From NCBI GenBank assembly GCA_044892525.1, contig CM097885.1, forward strand, positions 4,404,001 through 4,468,000: a DNA stretch of 64,000 nucleotides. Reading direction: 5' to 3'. Source of the DNA: Schmidtea polychroa. Lineage: Eukaryota. A model generated the notes under the pieces. It was not told where the DNA came from. It did not search any database and saw nothing but the letters and a program-made list of their open reading frames with translations. Below, piece by piece: positions 30,231 through 47,144 of the stretch; position 1 is the first letter of the stretch, and each line of letters starts with the position of its first letter. The position numbers and the translations under genes were made by a program.

Positions 30231-30668
30231 TATTTACATTTTGTAATTTATCCCATTCACATCATTTTCTATCATGAAATTGTGATAAAAACAGTATTAT
30301 TTAATAAAATAAAAAATCTTTATTTCTAATGTGCATTCAAGGGGTCGAATATTATTAAAATTTAAAAATTAAAAAAAAATTTAATTTAATTAAATCAATC
30401 TTTTAAATTATATATTTAAAGATTTTTAATATAATTTTACCAGTGGTCGACAAACAGATACCGCGCATGGGGGGTGCACGGTTTGTAAAAATGCGTATAA
30501 CGCGCGCGTTATATGCGCTAAAATACGGTAAATTACCAAAAAATGGAGTAAAAATGAAAATTTTGGCATTAATGAAGGTGAACAATTAAATAAATATTCT
30601 GTATATTTTACTTGGTCGGTGGTTATTAAACTGCCAATAACTGGTCTGACTCCGAGCATGTTATATAA

Positions 30669-31069
30669 CAACGGTGGGCAAATGCGGCTCTTAGAGCCGC
30701 ATGCGGCTCTTCGTTGAGTAAACTGCGGCTCATTGATAATTGAATTCTTGATAATCGAATTCGATTTTTTATTTTGAAATTTTTCACTATATGTTTTGAG
30801 AAAAAATTTTTTGTTGCAATTGTATTTTCATAAATGTCAAAAATTAACGAAACATTGTTTTTCACATTTTACTGCTTTTTAAAATTATTTTGTAGTAGGC
30901 GGCGCTTTTTTATAACAACGAGAGAGAAGCATCAAAAATAAATTTAGCGTTTAAATCTCTTTAATCAAATTAATGAAATAAAAAAAAATATGTACTTTAC
31001 TATGGTGGCTCTGTAAAAAATAAATTTTCGGAAAATGGCTCTTATTGAACCCATGCGTGCCCACCCTTG
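30669..31069. mobile_element. hAT MITE
   Basis: TIR caacggtgggca / tgcccacccttg, subterminal GCGGCTC motifs, and 8-bp TSD ttatataa at 30661-30668 and 31070-31077. Confidence 0.82.
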
Positions 31070-32401
31070 TTATATAATAACGATAATTACAAATCCAAAC
31101 TACATAAAAATTTATTGATTATCGCAATTGATCACAGTGAATTCAACGATACCAATTCTCAAGACACCTCAAATGTTTCAAATGCTTATTACAACCCTTC
31201 AGGAGGAATAGCACAACCACTTTACTACTGCCGGTAACGGGCGATTCGCAAATTGTTCTGATAGCCTTTAGCTTGATTTGAGTTTCTCAACCACTTCTGA
31301 TTTATTAATTCAATACGCAAGTTTCTTCCTACTGTTTCCTGATTCTCAACAATTTATTTTAAATCTCCTTGTAAATTCAAATTTCTCATCAATTTCTCTC
31401 TTCTCGTCCCAAATTTTTTCTCTTCTCTGCTATTTTGTTTTCAGTTTTTTATATCTTTCTATCTGATGGCACTTATTGATTGTTCATTCCTTTTTTCCGC
31501 CTGTTCCATTGGGTACTCCTTAATCTCTGACAGCTTTCGAGATGTATATTAATAATTTTTGACAATCCTATCTCTCGGATTCTTATTTATCTCAAATAGG
31601 CCATAGAGATAACAAGATAATCTAAATTTTGTTTTGCTTTTTGTTTTGACCTTCTTTTATTTAATTGTGTGTTTTTATTGATTTTCTTCTGTTGCCTTCT
31701 CATTTTTCAATATGTATTTTCCACTCCTATTTCACTGAGTTCTAGAACAATACCCCATTCATTTATTATCATTCCCTCCCCTTTACGCCTTCAATAATTA
31801 TTTTATCCTAAACAAAATTAATCTCTTCTTTCAGTATTACTAAGAGATTTGTTTTACACAGTAAAGATTAAATTATTTAAATCCAGAATAGCTTTTTCCT
31901 GTACTGTTATTTTATTTTATAGGTTTTCAAGGGTCCTAGACGCAGTGCTTATTGTGACTATGGAATAATTACTATTAAATTAGAAATTAACTTTATTAAT
32001 TCTCAAGGTCGCACTGATTCCCGTTCTGTATGGAGTGCAAGTTGTGCAATGACCCGAGTTGCAATTAAAACATACAATTAGAATAAAAAATATTTTATAA
32101 GTGTTTCTGATTGGCTAAATAAAGGCAGCAGCTCATTATTTGTTATTTCTACAACATAATTATAACATGTTTAAACTTTCGCTTATTGGCCAAAGTGGCA
32201 CTCTATAAGCTAATGGCGTATAAATTAAGATTTGGTTCTAACTAAATACATTATACTTTTATAAGACTTCATAAAATAAATTTAAGATTGAAGATTAAAG
32301 CATTTCATTTTTTGTATTTAATTTAAATTTTTTTTTAAATTCTTTCTAATTGTCGTTTTCTCTTTTGATTTATTTACATTGCTCTTAAATTGTACTATAA
32401 C

Positions 32402-32479
32402 CAGTGCCGTAACTAATATTTTTATGGCCCCCTCGATCTCGGGTCCTTGTATTGGTGCACCTGTCTAGTTACGGCACTT
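32402..32479. mobile_element. 78-bp hAT-type mini-MITE
   Basis: TIR cagtgccgtaacta / tagttacggcactt and near-perfect 8-bp TSD actataac / attataac. Confidence 0.68.
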
Positions 32480-33981
32480 ATTATAACACATGGAATTGTT
32501 AGAAGCCTTTAGAAATAAAATGGATATTTAAAATATATTTATAAATGTCCTTTTGGTTGTGGCCAAGTGAAAATATATGAAACAGTCCTGGCTAATATAA
32601 TTTGCATACAGCATTATACGAGGGTCGCATTTATATACATTATTTGTGTGGAATACTCGCAATTAACACTTGGAAACACTTTCATTTGTGTTAGTATAAA
32701 ACATTGATCTAAAGTCGAAAACTAAATGAAGATGAATAATATGATGTAATTGATTCATGTAGTCAACAGTCTTAGCGTTAATGCTGTCTCTGTTGTTGCC
32801 AATAATAATAATAATTTTATATATTAAAATAGAGATTATTTTAAAATTTGTCTCACATTCATAAAATTAATTTTTCTCAATAAATGGGAAATGCTAAATT
32901 TTATTTGTCTTGGGCGTCAAATATGGAGATACCGGAACTGATTCAATATAAATTGCTCATTTATTTTGTGGGCATCCTCTAGTATATGGAATCACTGACA
33001 TAGATGGGGTGGGGTTCATTAGCAACGTTCCCTCTAAGCAGCTCAAGTGTGTGGTCACGTGGCAGTCTTGAAAGTACTGCACAGTTATCAAAAGTTATCA
33101 CGCACGTCAAAAGTAAACAGACCAAACAAAATGTTTACTATTTGAATTTCTAAAAAAAATGAAATAAAAAAATAATATCAACTACATATGAACTTGGTCT
33201 TAATGATAGTATATTACTTGCTTTGAGTAATAAGTAGCTGAAGAAATAAAGGGTATTGTGAGTTTGACTTATTGACCAGTTCTTTTGATTCAGCATGCTT
33301 TACAGAATTATTGCCATTAATAAGTTTTTAATGAATGAAAACTGTAGAATTCTGAATCAATTTTTTTGAATGAAGCCGGTCCCACCAAAAACGTTTTTCA
33401 ACGGCCCCCACCAGCTAAAAATGGCCTGGTGAATGTCCAATCAAATAATTATAAAATATTAATGCAGCTAATGATCACAGGGAACATGATTTGATTTGCT
33501 GCCAATCAAACGCATTCAAAATTAAATGTTTCAACGCGTCCTAAAATTTCACGGTCTACTGAACAATAAATGTTTGAGTAAACGGCGAAATTCGGCATTA
33601 CTTTATCATTTCAATTAAACAAACGCAAACTGTCACAATTTCGCCAAACTGACAAAAGGCGCTAAATTTAACATTGAAAATCACAATTTCACGCTTCAGT
33701 GACTATTTCACCTTTTGAAAGTGATTTCGCTTGCAATTGGTAGATATCGAATAAAGTTTGATGTGTAAAAGTGCAATTATTGACTATCAACTTTCTTTGA
33801 TGTGCATCATTTTAATGAACTTTTAGACATTGCGTAATCGACTTGACAGCTTTACAAGCCTTCATAACGGTTTCTAAGGTTTGTTTTACAATTACTCATG
33901 AAAGTGTAGATTTTCGAAATATTATGGAATTTCCTCGGTTGAATGATGATGATGAATTTGGCAACAATTTTTGGTAACATG

Positions 33982-34082
<101 letters not shown>

Positions 34083-35732
34083 CAGATTGCAATTAACCAA
34101 CAACATATTTTTGTCAGAGTTTTTATCAGATTCTAATTCTCCAAACAAAGTGAGCTACCTTTCTGGAGGTGTATTGAACCTTGGAAAGACGCTGAAAACG
34201 TTTTCTTTGGAAATTATTTCCCCCAACAAATATTAGAGCGATATTAAAAGAAAAATCGGGAGAATTTAAAAGAGGAAATTTGTATTAATTGTGATACTCG
34301 ATTAATGGAAAATGACAAGTTTCGAAGTTTTGTTTGTCAGACATTGGAAAATTTCCTACAAACACCCCGCGGGAGCCCGAGAATTCTGGTGACGCCAATT
34401 TATAAATTTGTCCAACACAATTTCTAGATAAATGCAACCCGAGAAAAACATGCGTTTAGATAAACAGAGAAAAGTTCAAATTTATAATTTGACGCCATTT
34501 TTGACTGAATCTTTTCTTTTGGTGGGAAAAGTGACATTTTCAAGTTCAATGGATTTGATTCGTGGATGAATGATTGGGTCATTGATATTGTTTGTGAATA
34601 GGGAATTGGGAAATATTGCTCTAGAAATATCCCTGGGCCATCCTTCTGATGATCTCTTTTTATGAAAGGGTTTGAAAAATTCTAATTTTTATAGGGGAGT
34701 GAGAAAGAGGGAGGGTGGGGAGGGAGGGGTATTGGTCTTTTCAATTTGAATTTCAATGATTATCATAAATCCTATTTAAAGTTCTCAATGGAACTGGAAT
34801 CAAAAGATTTTATTTAAAATATATAAAGTGCATTAAAATTAATTCAAAACCTTTTATTCCCTTCCCTGGATATGCTCCTGAATCCTTTGAGCCTCCCCTT
34901 CCTGAATATTTACATTTTCAATAATTTAATCAATTAAATTGCGAACATTTACTGGCGAATTATTCGCTCATAATATTCAAATTATTCACGAGTTTTTGGA
35001 AATTGTGCCAAAATCGAATAAATCAATTAAAAATGCAATTAAATTTTTAATTAAATTTTAATTAAATTTTAATTAAATTTTAATTAATGATATTTATCGA
35101 CTATTTTGAATGAATCGATAGATAATTGAAAATGTGAATAAAAATTGATTACGCAATTCTGGATCGGATTTCGCTAACAACTGAAAGTGATCATAGATAA
35201 AATGCTTCCCCATTATTGGATAATTCACCGCACCCGAAAGCGCCTTGAAAACAATCCTAAACAATAAATCAACACAAACTTTCATTATTTAGTTAACAAA
35301 TATTTTATCTCACTTTTTTTCAATGTCAATCCTTGATGTTTTTGTTGTTTCTTGGCGTGCTGTTTCTCATGGCCTTTACTTATCAGAATTCATACGAATA
35401 CAAACGATTGGAAACGGATTTCGAATTTTATTATGAAGAAAATCATTGAAAATAATTTTGAATAATTTTCGAAAAAAAAAAATTTCCTTAGTCAATCCAC
35501 ATTGACACAAACACACAAACACAATTGCTAATGAAATCCAATCAGATCTGTCTGTTGTTTGGTTGTGTATTTGCTTTCCATTGTATACGAGTGGCATAAC
35601 TGAAATCGATTGGCCAATAGTTTCTATGCGAATTATCGTATCGGATAAATCGACCAATCAAATTCAAGCGACAGTGAAGATGAAATAAAGTATTTTATCA
35701 GGACGAATTCAGTAACCTGGCATATTATCAGT

Positions 35733-37971
35733 ATGCACCAGCAACAATCACCAGGTTAGTGATAGCACTTATCTATGAAATTAAAGATAAATTTATTATT
35801 ATCATTAATATTTTTTGACCGATACTTGAATTGTGTTGTAAACTATTTCGTTTATAGATTCCCAAAATCCTCAACATCCTCAACATTTGCCATATCTGAG
35901 AAGTTATGAGAATTTGGGCTTACGAAACTGCTCTTACGACATGAATCTATGCAATGGAGTGAGATATCCTTTTACTTATCCTTCAGTTCAGGCGTCTGGT
36001 CAAGACTTTCCTGATACCAAAGTTCCACCAAATCTCATCAACAGTAAGCTTTAAATTAAGTTTACATTAATAAAACATAAAATAGTAGATTATCATCTTT
36101 TGAATTCAATGTGGCCGAATCATATAGACTCGATATCTCGAGCACAAATGCAATATCCGCAAATGCAATATTCACAGTGCAATTATAACCCCTTGCAGCC
36201 ATCTGTTCCAACCCATTATTCAATCCCATCAGAAAACCAAATGTTCATTGAACAAGTAAAAACAATGGTCAACGACCAAGCGCATTTACAAAACTGTCAG
36301 AAAATGAATTTCTCCGATTATTCCATGCTGGCTTCGGAATATTCGAAATCCGATGGTAAGAATTTGAGGGAAATTTGTGACTGATTGTCTCATTAGATTT
36401 TCTCTCCTCCTCAGTCAACTCGTCAAACCGGGCGAAAGAGTGCGTAATTTGCGGAATGGAAAACGGTGATACGTATCATCAAGATGGCAATGGGAATTTC
36501 CATTGTTTGAATTGCGTGAGAAAGAATCCATGCGTCAATCCGTCATTGGACTTGATTCCGTCGTATAAAAAGAATCAAATGAACAAAAATCTCGCTAGAA
36601 AACAAGTAAGCAGAAAGGGAAATTTGGGGATTTTTTTTTTTTTTTTTTAATTTTCTAATTATATTAAATAAATATTTTTTTTTAAAAGAATTTTTTTAAC
36701 AAATAATTCGTAACGATTCCCGACTGTAGACATGGGAGATTTTTTTCTATGAAAATCTCTTGCAAAATTTGGCGACTCACTGACGATGTGGGGCTAAATA
36801 AACATTGAGAGTTAGGAAACTGTGAATAGAATCTGATGGAATCTAGATTACTTGATGGATTTCTGGCAGTTTTACAGGCCGGACGATGCGGCTCGTTTGC
36901 TTTCACATAAAAAAAAATCCAGATACGGTTGTTTATTGCACAGGGAGAAAATATTTTCTATCGTGTTGGTTTTCTGGGCGCCATAATTGTTTGTTTATTG
37001 CAACAAGTATTATGGTCAACATCAACCGAACAATGCCACCGACTTTCTATCAATCACTTTATCCATATTTTGTATATATTATTATAATTTATTATCATTT
37101 CAACTTTTTCCATTTTCTTTCTCTCGCTCTCTCTTGCTTCCTCTCGCTCTCTCTCGCTCTTTCACTTTCGCTCTCCCTAGGGAATTTCCATAATTATTTT
37201 TATCCTAAATAGATTCACTTTATCAAATCCATATCGGTTACAGTTGAAAAAAAAACAAAATTTGTTATCAAGACTTACATCATAGCTTATCGAAATAATT
37301 GACAACATTGAGATAAACACTTTATCGAGTAGCCAATGCAAGCAATGATGTAAGCCGAATAGACCGTATGACATCATAGTTATTTTAAAGATATTATATT
37401 TATATTACCAACCGCTTATCTCTTAGCATTTCGTTATTTAGACTGCAAAACGAACAGGACTCCAGTGCTCGAACTGTAAAACAGAAAACACGACCCTTTG
37501 GAGAAGAAACAGCGAAGGACAGCCAGTATGCAACGCATGCGGTCTCTATTACCGGCTTCATAAAGTACTGGCTGAGATATTTATTAACTTCTTTATTCGT
37601 CAATTCTAGACACATCGGCCTCCAACAATGAGGAAAGAGATATTACAGAGTAGGAAGCGAAAAACGAAAAAGAAACAAACGATGTGCATGAAGTATATGG
37701 GTAAGAATCATTGGAATGGAACGGAATGTATAAGGTTGATTAATGTGATATATTTCTAGATCAAGAATTCCCAATCAAATCAGAAACCCAACTCATGTCA
37801 TCTCCATTCACTAATGGCCATTGCATACAACAGACAACAGACAAATACGATTCCACATTTCGACATCACGGATTCGAGCTGACTCAGCCGCCATCCAATA
37901 TCAATGATATGGTCCAACATCCGATCACAAACATCAGTCATCATGGACCATTTGACTATATACCCCAATAA
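35733..37971 (+). CDS. gata4/5/6: GATA4/5/6-class transcription factor, 7 exons, 369 aa
   Basis: Exons 35733-35754, 35858-36043, 36089-36355, 36397-36605, 37442-37564, 37610-37700, 37760-37971, all GT-AG and phase-compatible (1110 nt). C-finger [39 protein letters not shown], basic tail [16 protein letters not shown], degenerate N-finger CVIC-x17-CLNC. Confidence 0.92.
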
Positions 37972-38384
37972 GGGTCACCGCCATAGTTCGTGTTCACTAA
38001 CGCCGTTCGATAGATCGTTTTCATGTAGAGTTTTATTAATATAGAATTGTTCGTTTTTCTAACCTTTCACTCGGTCATATCAATTTGTCTTTATTATAAA
38101 TAATGCTGTCATTTTGATGTCGTCAATCTGGCGAGTCGGACCCGACCGCTGACATCCGTAAATACCAACCGCCATCAGTTTGGCAATTAACCATCAATTC
38201 GCAGTTAAAAATGTATAAAAGTTAAATAAAATATTTCTTGTTAAATAAATCATTTATTATATTTGTGCAAATCGATGTCAATCAAATTTCAATGGGAAAT
38301 TAATTGATTTTCTTTTTTATTGATTTCTATTTATTGATTTTATAGTAAATTTTTACTTATGATTTCTAAATTAAATTGCCATTT

Positions 38385-40962
<2,578 letters not shown>

Positions 40963-43580
40963 ATTAAAAAATTATATCAATTTCAATTTAATTGCTTTCT
41001 AATCAGGAAATTCATGAATAAATTTAAAAATTCAATTTATATTTTTATGTAGAACTATTTTAGGGCCTTTAAACTAAGGTCATATGTAAAGTTTGTGTGG
41101 CTGTGGGCAATGTTCCACTATGAAGAGGCGGTCTCTGGGTGGAATCCCAAAAGCTTGAGCAAGCCCAATCATTGCACCATTATTTTTATACTGACAAAAA
41201 ATTAGTGATTTAACAATTGTAGCTGATGTTATTTTTTATTTCATTTCGGTTTTTATTTTAGAACATTGACCCATATGACCCATCATCAAATCTATCGGAA
41301 AATGAAATAATTTCCAATAATTTTTCATTTTCTCATGGACACTGAAAATGTTTATCCAAATTTACGATAAAAATATATTTTTCTTTTTCTTCAAAAATCG
41401 AGGCATACTTTTCTTCTTGCTGCAAGGTACTAACAACATCAAAGCAACCATGCCACTGGAAGGGTCTCATATCTGACGTAACATGTCATCAAAAGATATT
41501 TTTAATTAATTTGGTATTTTTTTCATATTAGTCAGAGATTTTTCTATTATTTTTTTAATCGTTTTTTTAGTCATTTCTAATTTAATTTACTTTTTTCTTT
41601 GGGCATCACCATGATGGATTTTGCTTAATTATGTACTTTTTATTTATTCATTTTAATTTAGTTGGAGTTTTGCGGTTTTCTGGCCGTTTCTAAAATTTTT
41701 TAAATTAAATTAAATTTAAATTTTATTTTTTGACATTGACTTGATAAATTCCAAATGTTTTTTGGATGTTAATTTCTCCCTTTGTTATGTTCATGCTAAA
41801 CTTAGCGCCTTAATGATAATTTTACATTAATTTTTTATGTTTATTATTCTTTTGTCTGTTTAGTGGTAAATAAAGTATTGAGTTTTATGTTTTGATTTTT
41901 ATTTAACTTAGGGTTTTCTTTATTTGATTTATTACTGATACATTTGAACAAATAAATTTTAGCCTTAGTTTTTGCCAAACAATAGTCATATTTTTATAGT
42001 TATCGCTGTTTGAATGAGAAATAATTTACCTAAACTGGATGTAAGTATGGCATTAATAAGTTTACCTTATGTAAAGGTAAAGTATAGGAGATTAACATGA
42101 TGAATGCCGGTAGATATGGTAACCATACATAATCATAGATAACCTTTCTATTTTAAAACTGGAACCGTTCAACATGTAGTTAAGGCCTACATGTTCTAAA
42201 ATTCATTCAGAAAGAAATTACGGTATAAACCTTTATTTTTTGAAAATAAAAAGAACAAAGGATAATTTTTTGGTAGTAACTATAAATTATGTAATATAAG
42301 TAAATGATCAAATAAGCTTTTGCTGCAAAATATGTATTATATCAAAAAAGAAATAGTAATTTAATACATATTCAAATATCCTATTTTTTGGTTTTAAAAA
42401 TAACCACCGTTTTTCAACCATGCAAAATTCCTCCCAAAAAATTTATTCATAATTGACCGATAAGGTTTGACTGAAAGACAAAATATTTGAAAGGCAGCAG
42501 AAAATATAATTTTTTGAAAAATTGATCGCTTAAAAAAAAGAAAATTAAAAATTTATTTACTCCATTTTCATGTAGAATTTTATATTTGTTGTCTAAATGT
42601 TTCAATTAAATTAATATTTTTCAAATATAAAATTATAACTTATTTGTTTTATTATTCTTTCATTTTAAAAATAAAGTTAAATGAATTCTTATTATGACTT
42701 TGAATACTGAGAAAAGTACATTTTATATGATTTATTTATGTATTAAACCTTTTTATTTTTATTAGGAATGAACTTTGTTATATTTATTTTAAATATTTCA
42801 GTCCAAAGAGATTCATAAAGTAAGTAACTATGTTATTATATTTTTATTATGAATTAAACCAAAATACGTAATTCGCTTATTTAAAAAAATGGGAATTCCA
42901 AGAATAATGAATAAAGATTGTAGCTACACAATAAAATTAGTTCTTTTTTCTTATTTGTTGCAGTTAATTGAATTTAATTCATTTTTTCATGTAATAACAT
43001 TTTTCAAATCGGAGTCGTATTTGAAATAAAATGGAGTCGGAATCCGCACCACTGTTCATAAAACCTGTTATTGAAATATTGATATCCTTGAAATTATCAT
43101 AGTTTAATAAATAATTCCTATTTGACATAAATTTACTCATACTGATTTACTCATTCAACTAAATACCAATAACATTTAATAAATTCATAAAAATCTTATT
43201 TAAATAATTTCCTTTAATATTGATATTTAACCATATAAATTGCCATAATTACTCATACTAATATCTGAACTATTATAAATAACCTCACATAAAACAATTT
43301 AATTCTAGTGATCAAAGTGTCATACAGCACTATTTACTTAGAACATTGATACATTTTCAATTCAATCCATCGATATATTCTATAAATTGCCACTTGTTAG
43401 AGATAAAGTCAGTATTTAACCGAACATTTCCATTAAAACTTTGATACTGAACTCACAAGTAAAGTGTAAACCTAGAATAAATCCATATATACAATTCATA
43501 CATACATTCACAAAATTCTGCGTAAATTGTTGACTATTATTATATTAAATTACAAATTTTAGTCCACATTATATTTCTAA

Positions 43581-46059
43581 GGCTCCTAATTAAATGCAAA
43601 TTAAATAATCCCATTTTGCACACTAAAAAATTAACATTTGCTAACTATTTTTGCAAACTAAAAAATAATTTTTGCACACTATAAAATTGATTTTTGCTAA
43701 CTATTTTTTGAAAACTAAAAAAATGATTTTTGCACACTATAAAATCGATATTTGCTAACTATGTTCTGCAAACTAAAAAATAAATATTTGCACACTATTT
43801 TCAAAAATATTTATACATTATAAAATAAAAATTTCAGATATATTTCAATGAATAAAAAAGCATAGAGATTACAATTTATTGTGAATGCTTAAATACAACA
43901 ATTTATAGACATTTAAAAAATGGTTTAACAAAATGTTTTGTATGATGGCTGCATTTTATTTGCACTAGATATAATATATTTTTAGTTCTACTGCAACAGC
44001 AATGGTTTTCTTGCTTTTGCAGGGCGACCTCTCTTTCTTTTGGTTCCAATTGGAACATTTTTCGCTTCGGTTGGAGGGGCTGCAAGCTTTAGTCGAATAG
44101 CTAATCCAACAATGTGTTTGCAAAGCATTTTTTTAAAAAAAGAAGGGCAGTTACAGTCTCCGTTAATCCAGTCATTTTGATCTTTTGGTAAAATAGTAGT
44201 CCATGAAAGAAATGCATTAATTTTAAACTCATCAAACGTTTCCCAGTTGTCAATTCCATCGTAGGTTTCTGTCAAATCTTTTGCAGCAATTTTGTAAACA
44301 ACACCACTCTCTGTTGATTCTGGAGAAATGGTTTTCTTCAACTTTGCCCAATGGTATGAGCTAGTCCAAAGTTCCAAGTCAATTTCTGGTTCGGTTTTGA
44401 TGACTTTAATTCCAGATTCGTAATTGTTGGACCACCTTTCAATCCAATCAACCAATCCAACAGTAAATCTTGATAGTGAGACTCGCTCTCTCATAGAATA
44501 TTCATCTTTCATGACTCGGTTGTATGCCTCAAGGGCATTGTTTGTGCTAGGTGTTAGTTTTTTGGCACCTTCAAACCAATTTTTATTTGATTTCAGCCAT
44601 TCAGCTGTGAAGTATTCGACAAACTCCTTGTTTGCCTTCCACTTTTTCAAGAATAAAATTGATGCTTTTTCAAAAACTTCTCTGGATTGACTGAGTTGCA
44701 AAGAATCAATGTCAGACAAAATTTCCTGTCTTGCATCTTTTGGAATCAAAGAATCCACTTTTTTCTGAACATTTTTTTTCATATGAGCCCAGCACATAAT
44801 CACCAATACGTCTTTGCCAAACACTGCTATGAAAGAGTTTTGGATGCTTTTTGATGCATCAGAAATTAATGTGCTTGGATTGAAGGGAGCATTGAAGATT
44901 TTAGGAACTTCATTCTTCAATGCAGTAAACAAAAATTTGAAGTCCTCAGTTTTTTCATCGGTGCATACTCCAATACCAAAACAATGAAACTGGCGATTGC
45001 GATCTGTTGTACCAATAACAAGAACAGGGAAGCCTTGCCATACAAGTTTGTATGTAGCATCTGCATGAATGTTGTCAGCGTTTAAAGCCATTTTCAACAT
45101 TGTTTTAGATGAAATGAAGTACCGGAAATATCCAGTGTCCTCATATTTAATTTCATATGCAACAACAAATGCTTTGTTATCTGCTTCTGGAACAGCTGAA
45201 TGAATTTGCAACCACTGATTTAATTCTCCAAGGCTAATGATGTTGGCACCATATTTAGACTTTCTCAAGGATGCCAGATGATTATTCAGTTGTGTTTGAC
45301 TCGGAAGGGGTAATTTTTCGTTAGACAAATGTTCTAACATTGCTTTTGGTTTCAATTTTAAAGCAAACAATTTGTCAATTTCAGCTTTGACGGTATCTGT
45401 CATTGTTGTTCTTGTTTTGATGTTGTCACAATCATGTGCATGTCCTGATCTGTATAGAACAAAATCACAAGTGCTGGACTCGTACCACAAGTAAACTGAG
45501 GCTGAACATTGTTCCCCACGAAATGTAACACGATTACAACGGAAAAACCTCTTTTTCCCCTCTTCAGTTTTATTTGTCCGAAAACAAGACCACACTTTTT
45601 CGTTTTTTACAAAATCCTCAGCTTCATTTGAACTTGCAAATGCATTTGCTCTTTTCCAGTCTTTGCAAATTTTTTTCCTTCGAGTTTCAAGTTTTAAAAC
45701 GTGTTCTTCATCTTCATTTCCTGAAGAACAGTATTCTGGAAAAAAGTCAAACTCTGAATTTTTTTTAAATTCCACCATTGCTATAACGACAAAGAAGTAT
45801 TTATTATGAATAAAACAAACATAGTTAGAAAATAATTTATTTATAGTTAGCATTACTATTTATAGTTAGCAATTATTTATTATAGTTAGCAATTATTATT
45901 TATAGTTAGCATTTATTATTTATAGTTAGCATTTATTATTTATAGTTAGCATTTATTATTTATAGTTAGCATTTATTATTTATAGTTAGAATTTATTATT
46001 TATAGTTAGCATTTATAGTGTGCAAATACATTAAAATAGTGTGCATTTAAATTGTAGCG
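43581..46059 (-). mobile_element. Mutator-like element (MULE), apparently complete
   Basis: 9-bp TSD tatttctaa at 43572-43580 and 46060-46068. Imperfect TIRs (ggctcctaattaaatgca / revcomp cgctacaatttaaatgca). Mirrored subterminal repeats tgctaactat/tgcacact on the left and atagttagca on the right. Confidence 0.9.
43988..45778 (-). CDS. MULE transposase with SWIM finger and C-terminal AT-hook-like motif
   Basis: Uninterrupted ORF (ATG at 45778) with HADATYKL, LISDAS, CWAHM, TNNALEAYN (DDE core), CNCPSFFKKMLCKH (SWIM) and KRKRGRPAK. Confidence 0.92.
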   Translation of the reverse strand: MVEFKKNSEFDFFPEYCSSGNEDEEHVLKLETRRKKICKDWKRANAFASSNEAEDFVKNEKVWSCFRTNKTEEGKKRFFRCNRVTFRGEQCSASVYLWYESSTCDFVLYRSGHAHDCDNIKTRTTMTDTVKAEIDKLFALKLKPKAMLEHLSNEKLPLPSQTQLNNHLASLRKSKYGANIISLGELNQWLQIHSAVPEADNKAFVVAYEIKYEDTGYFRYFISSKTMLKMALNADNIHADATYKLVWQGFPVLVIGTTDRNRQFHCFGIGVCTDEKTEDFKFLFTALKNEVPKIFNAPFNPSTLISDASKSIQNSFIAVFGKDVLVIMCWAHMKKNVQKKVDSLIPKDARQEILSDIDSLQLSQSREVFEKASILFLKKWKANKEFVEYFTAEWLKSNKNWFEGAKKLTPSTNNALEAYNRVMKDEYSMRERVSLSRFTVGLVDWIERWSNNYESGIKVIKTEPEIDLELWTSSYHWAKLKKTISPESTESGVVYKIAAKDLTETYDGIDNWETFDEFKINAFLSWTTILPKDQNDWINGDCNCPSFFKKMLCKHIVGLAIRLKLAAPPTEAKNVPIGTKRKRGRPAKARKPLLLQ

Positions 46060-47039
46060 TATTTCTAAACCAGATGTATTGTTGCAATTTGTTGAGAAGC
46101 GAGCGGAACCAAAGGTACAATTAGAACCATTACAGACAAAAGTCAATGCGAAAAAAGAGCTGCGATGGACTTTTAGTTTATTCGTAGCGGGCCTTAGACA
46201 ATTTTGTGCTATATGCAAGGATAGGAAGGCCGCACTTACTAGGTTCAGTTTTCTAGGACAACTCTATAATTATTCCGTTCATATCCAACTTTTCTGCAAT
46301 TGTTCTCTATAGATATGGTAGCTAAACCAACCAAACGATCCTGAGACATTGTAGAACTAAGATATGTTTTTATGAGTTTGAGCTTCGAAAAGCTTCTCTA
46401 TGCACTCGCAATTGCTATCAGGAGTGTAAACGAAATTCGGAATGTCGCATACCCATTTGGAAAAAGAACAACCAAGCCCATTCCACATAGATAGTCTAAT
46501 AAAGTGTCCGGGCAACATCTTTCTCATCGCGGCACCCTAAGCCAATTTTTTTTCTCGAGGCACCGTTATATAAAAGATCAACAGTTGAAAATCTTAGAAT
46601 AAATTTTTATTTACAAGTAACGAATCGAATACAATTAAATTTTATTTTTGAACAACTTGTGTCATTTAAAAGAATTTTTAGCTGATTTAAAATTTTCAGT
46701 AATTCGGTTATCTCATCATTTAACCTCAGCAAATTTACTTGAATACTGAGTTTTAGATTGTGTGTTAGGTCAGCAGTTGAAATCTTAGGGGGTTCTGTGC
46801 AACTCTGAATTATACTATTGGTCATCCATGTAGTGGCCAGCTTCTGTAGAACTCACTACCTGCATTATTTGTTATTCCTCCGTTTCTATCTACGCAATGA
46901 GTTTTTTAGAATAAAATTTAGTGGTGACCGCGACGAGATCCGCATTCAGAGCCCTCGTTGAAATCGTCCTACTGCTAATGAGAATGTATCGTGGATTAGC
47001 CTGTTCCCTCTGCCCCTTTGCGATACCTATACCACTATT

Positions 47040-47049
47040 TATCTATCTA

Positions 47050-47140
<91 letters not shown>
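47040..47140. repeat. (AT)n microsatellite
   Basis: Pure TA run. Another is at ~63430-63550. Confidence 0.97.
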
Positions 47141-47144
<4 letters not shown>

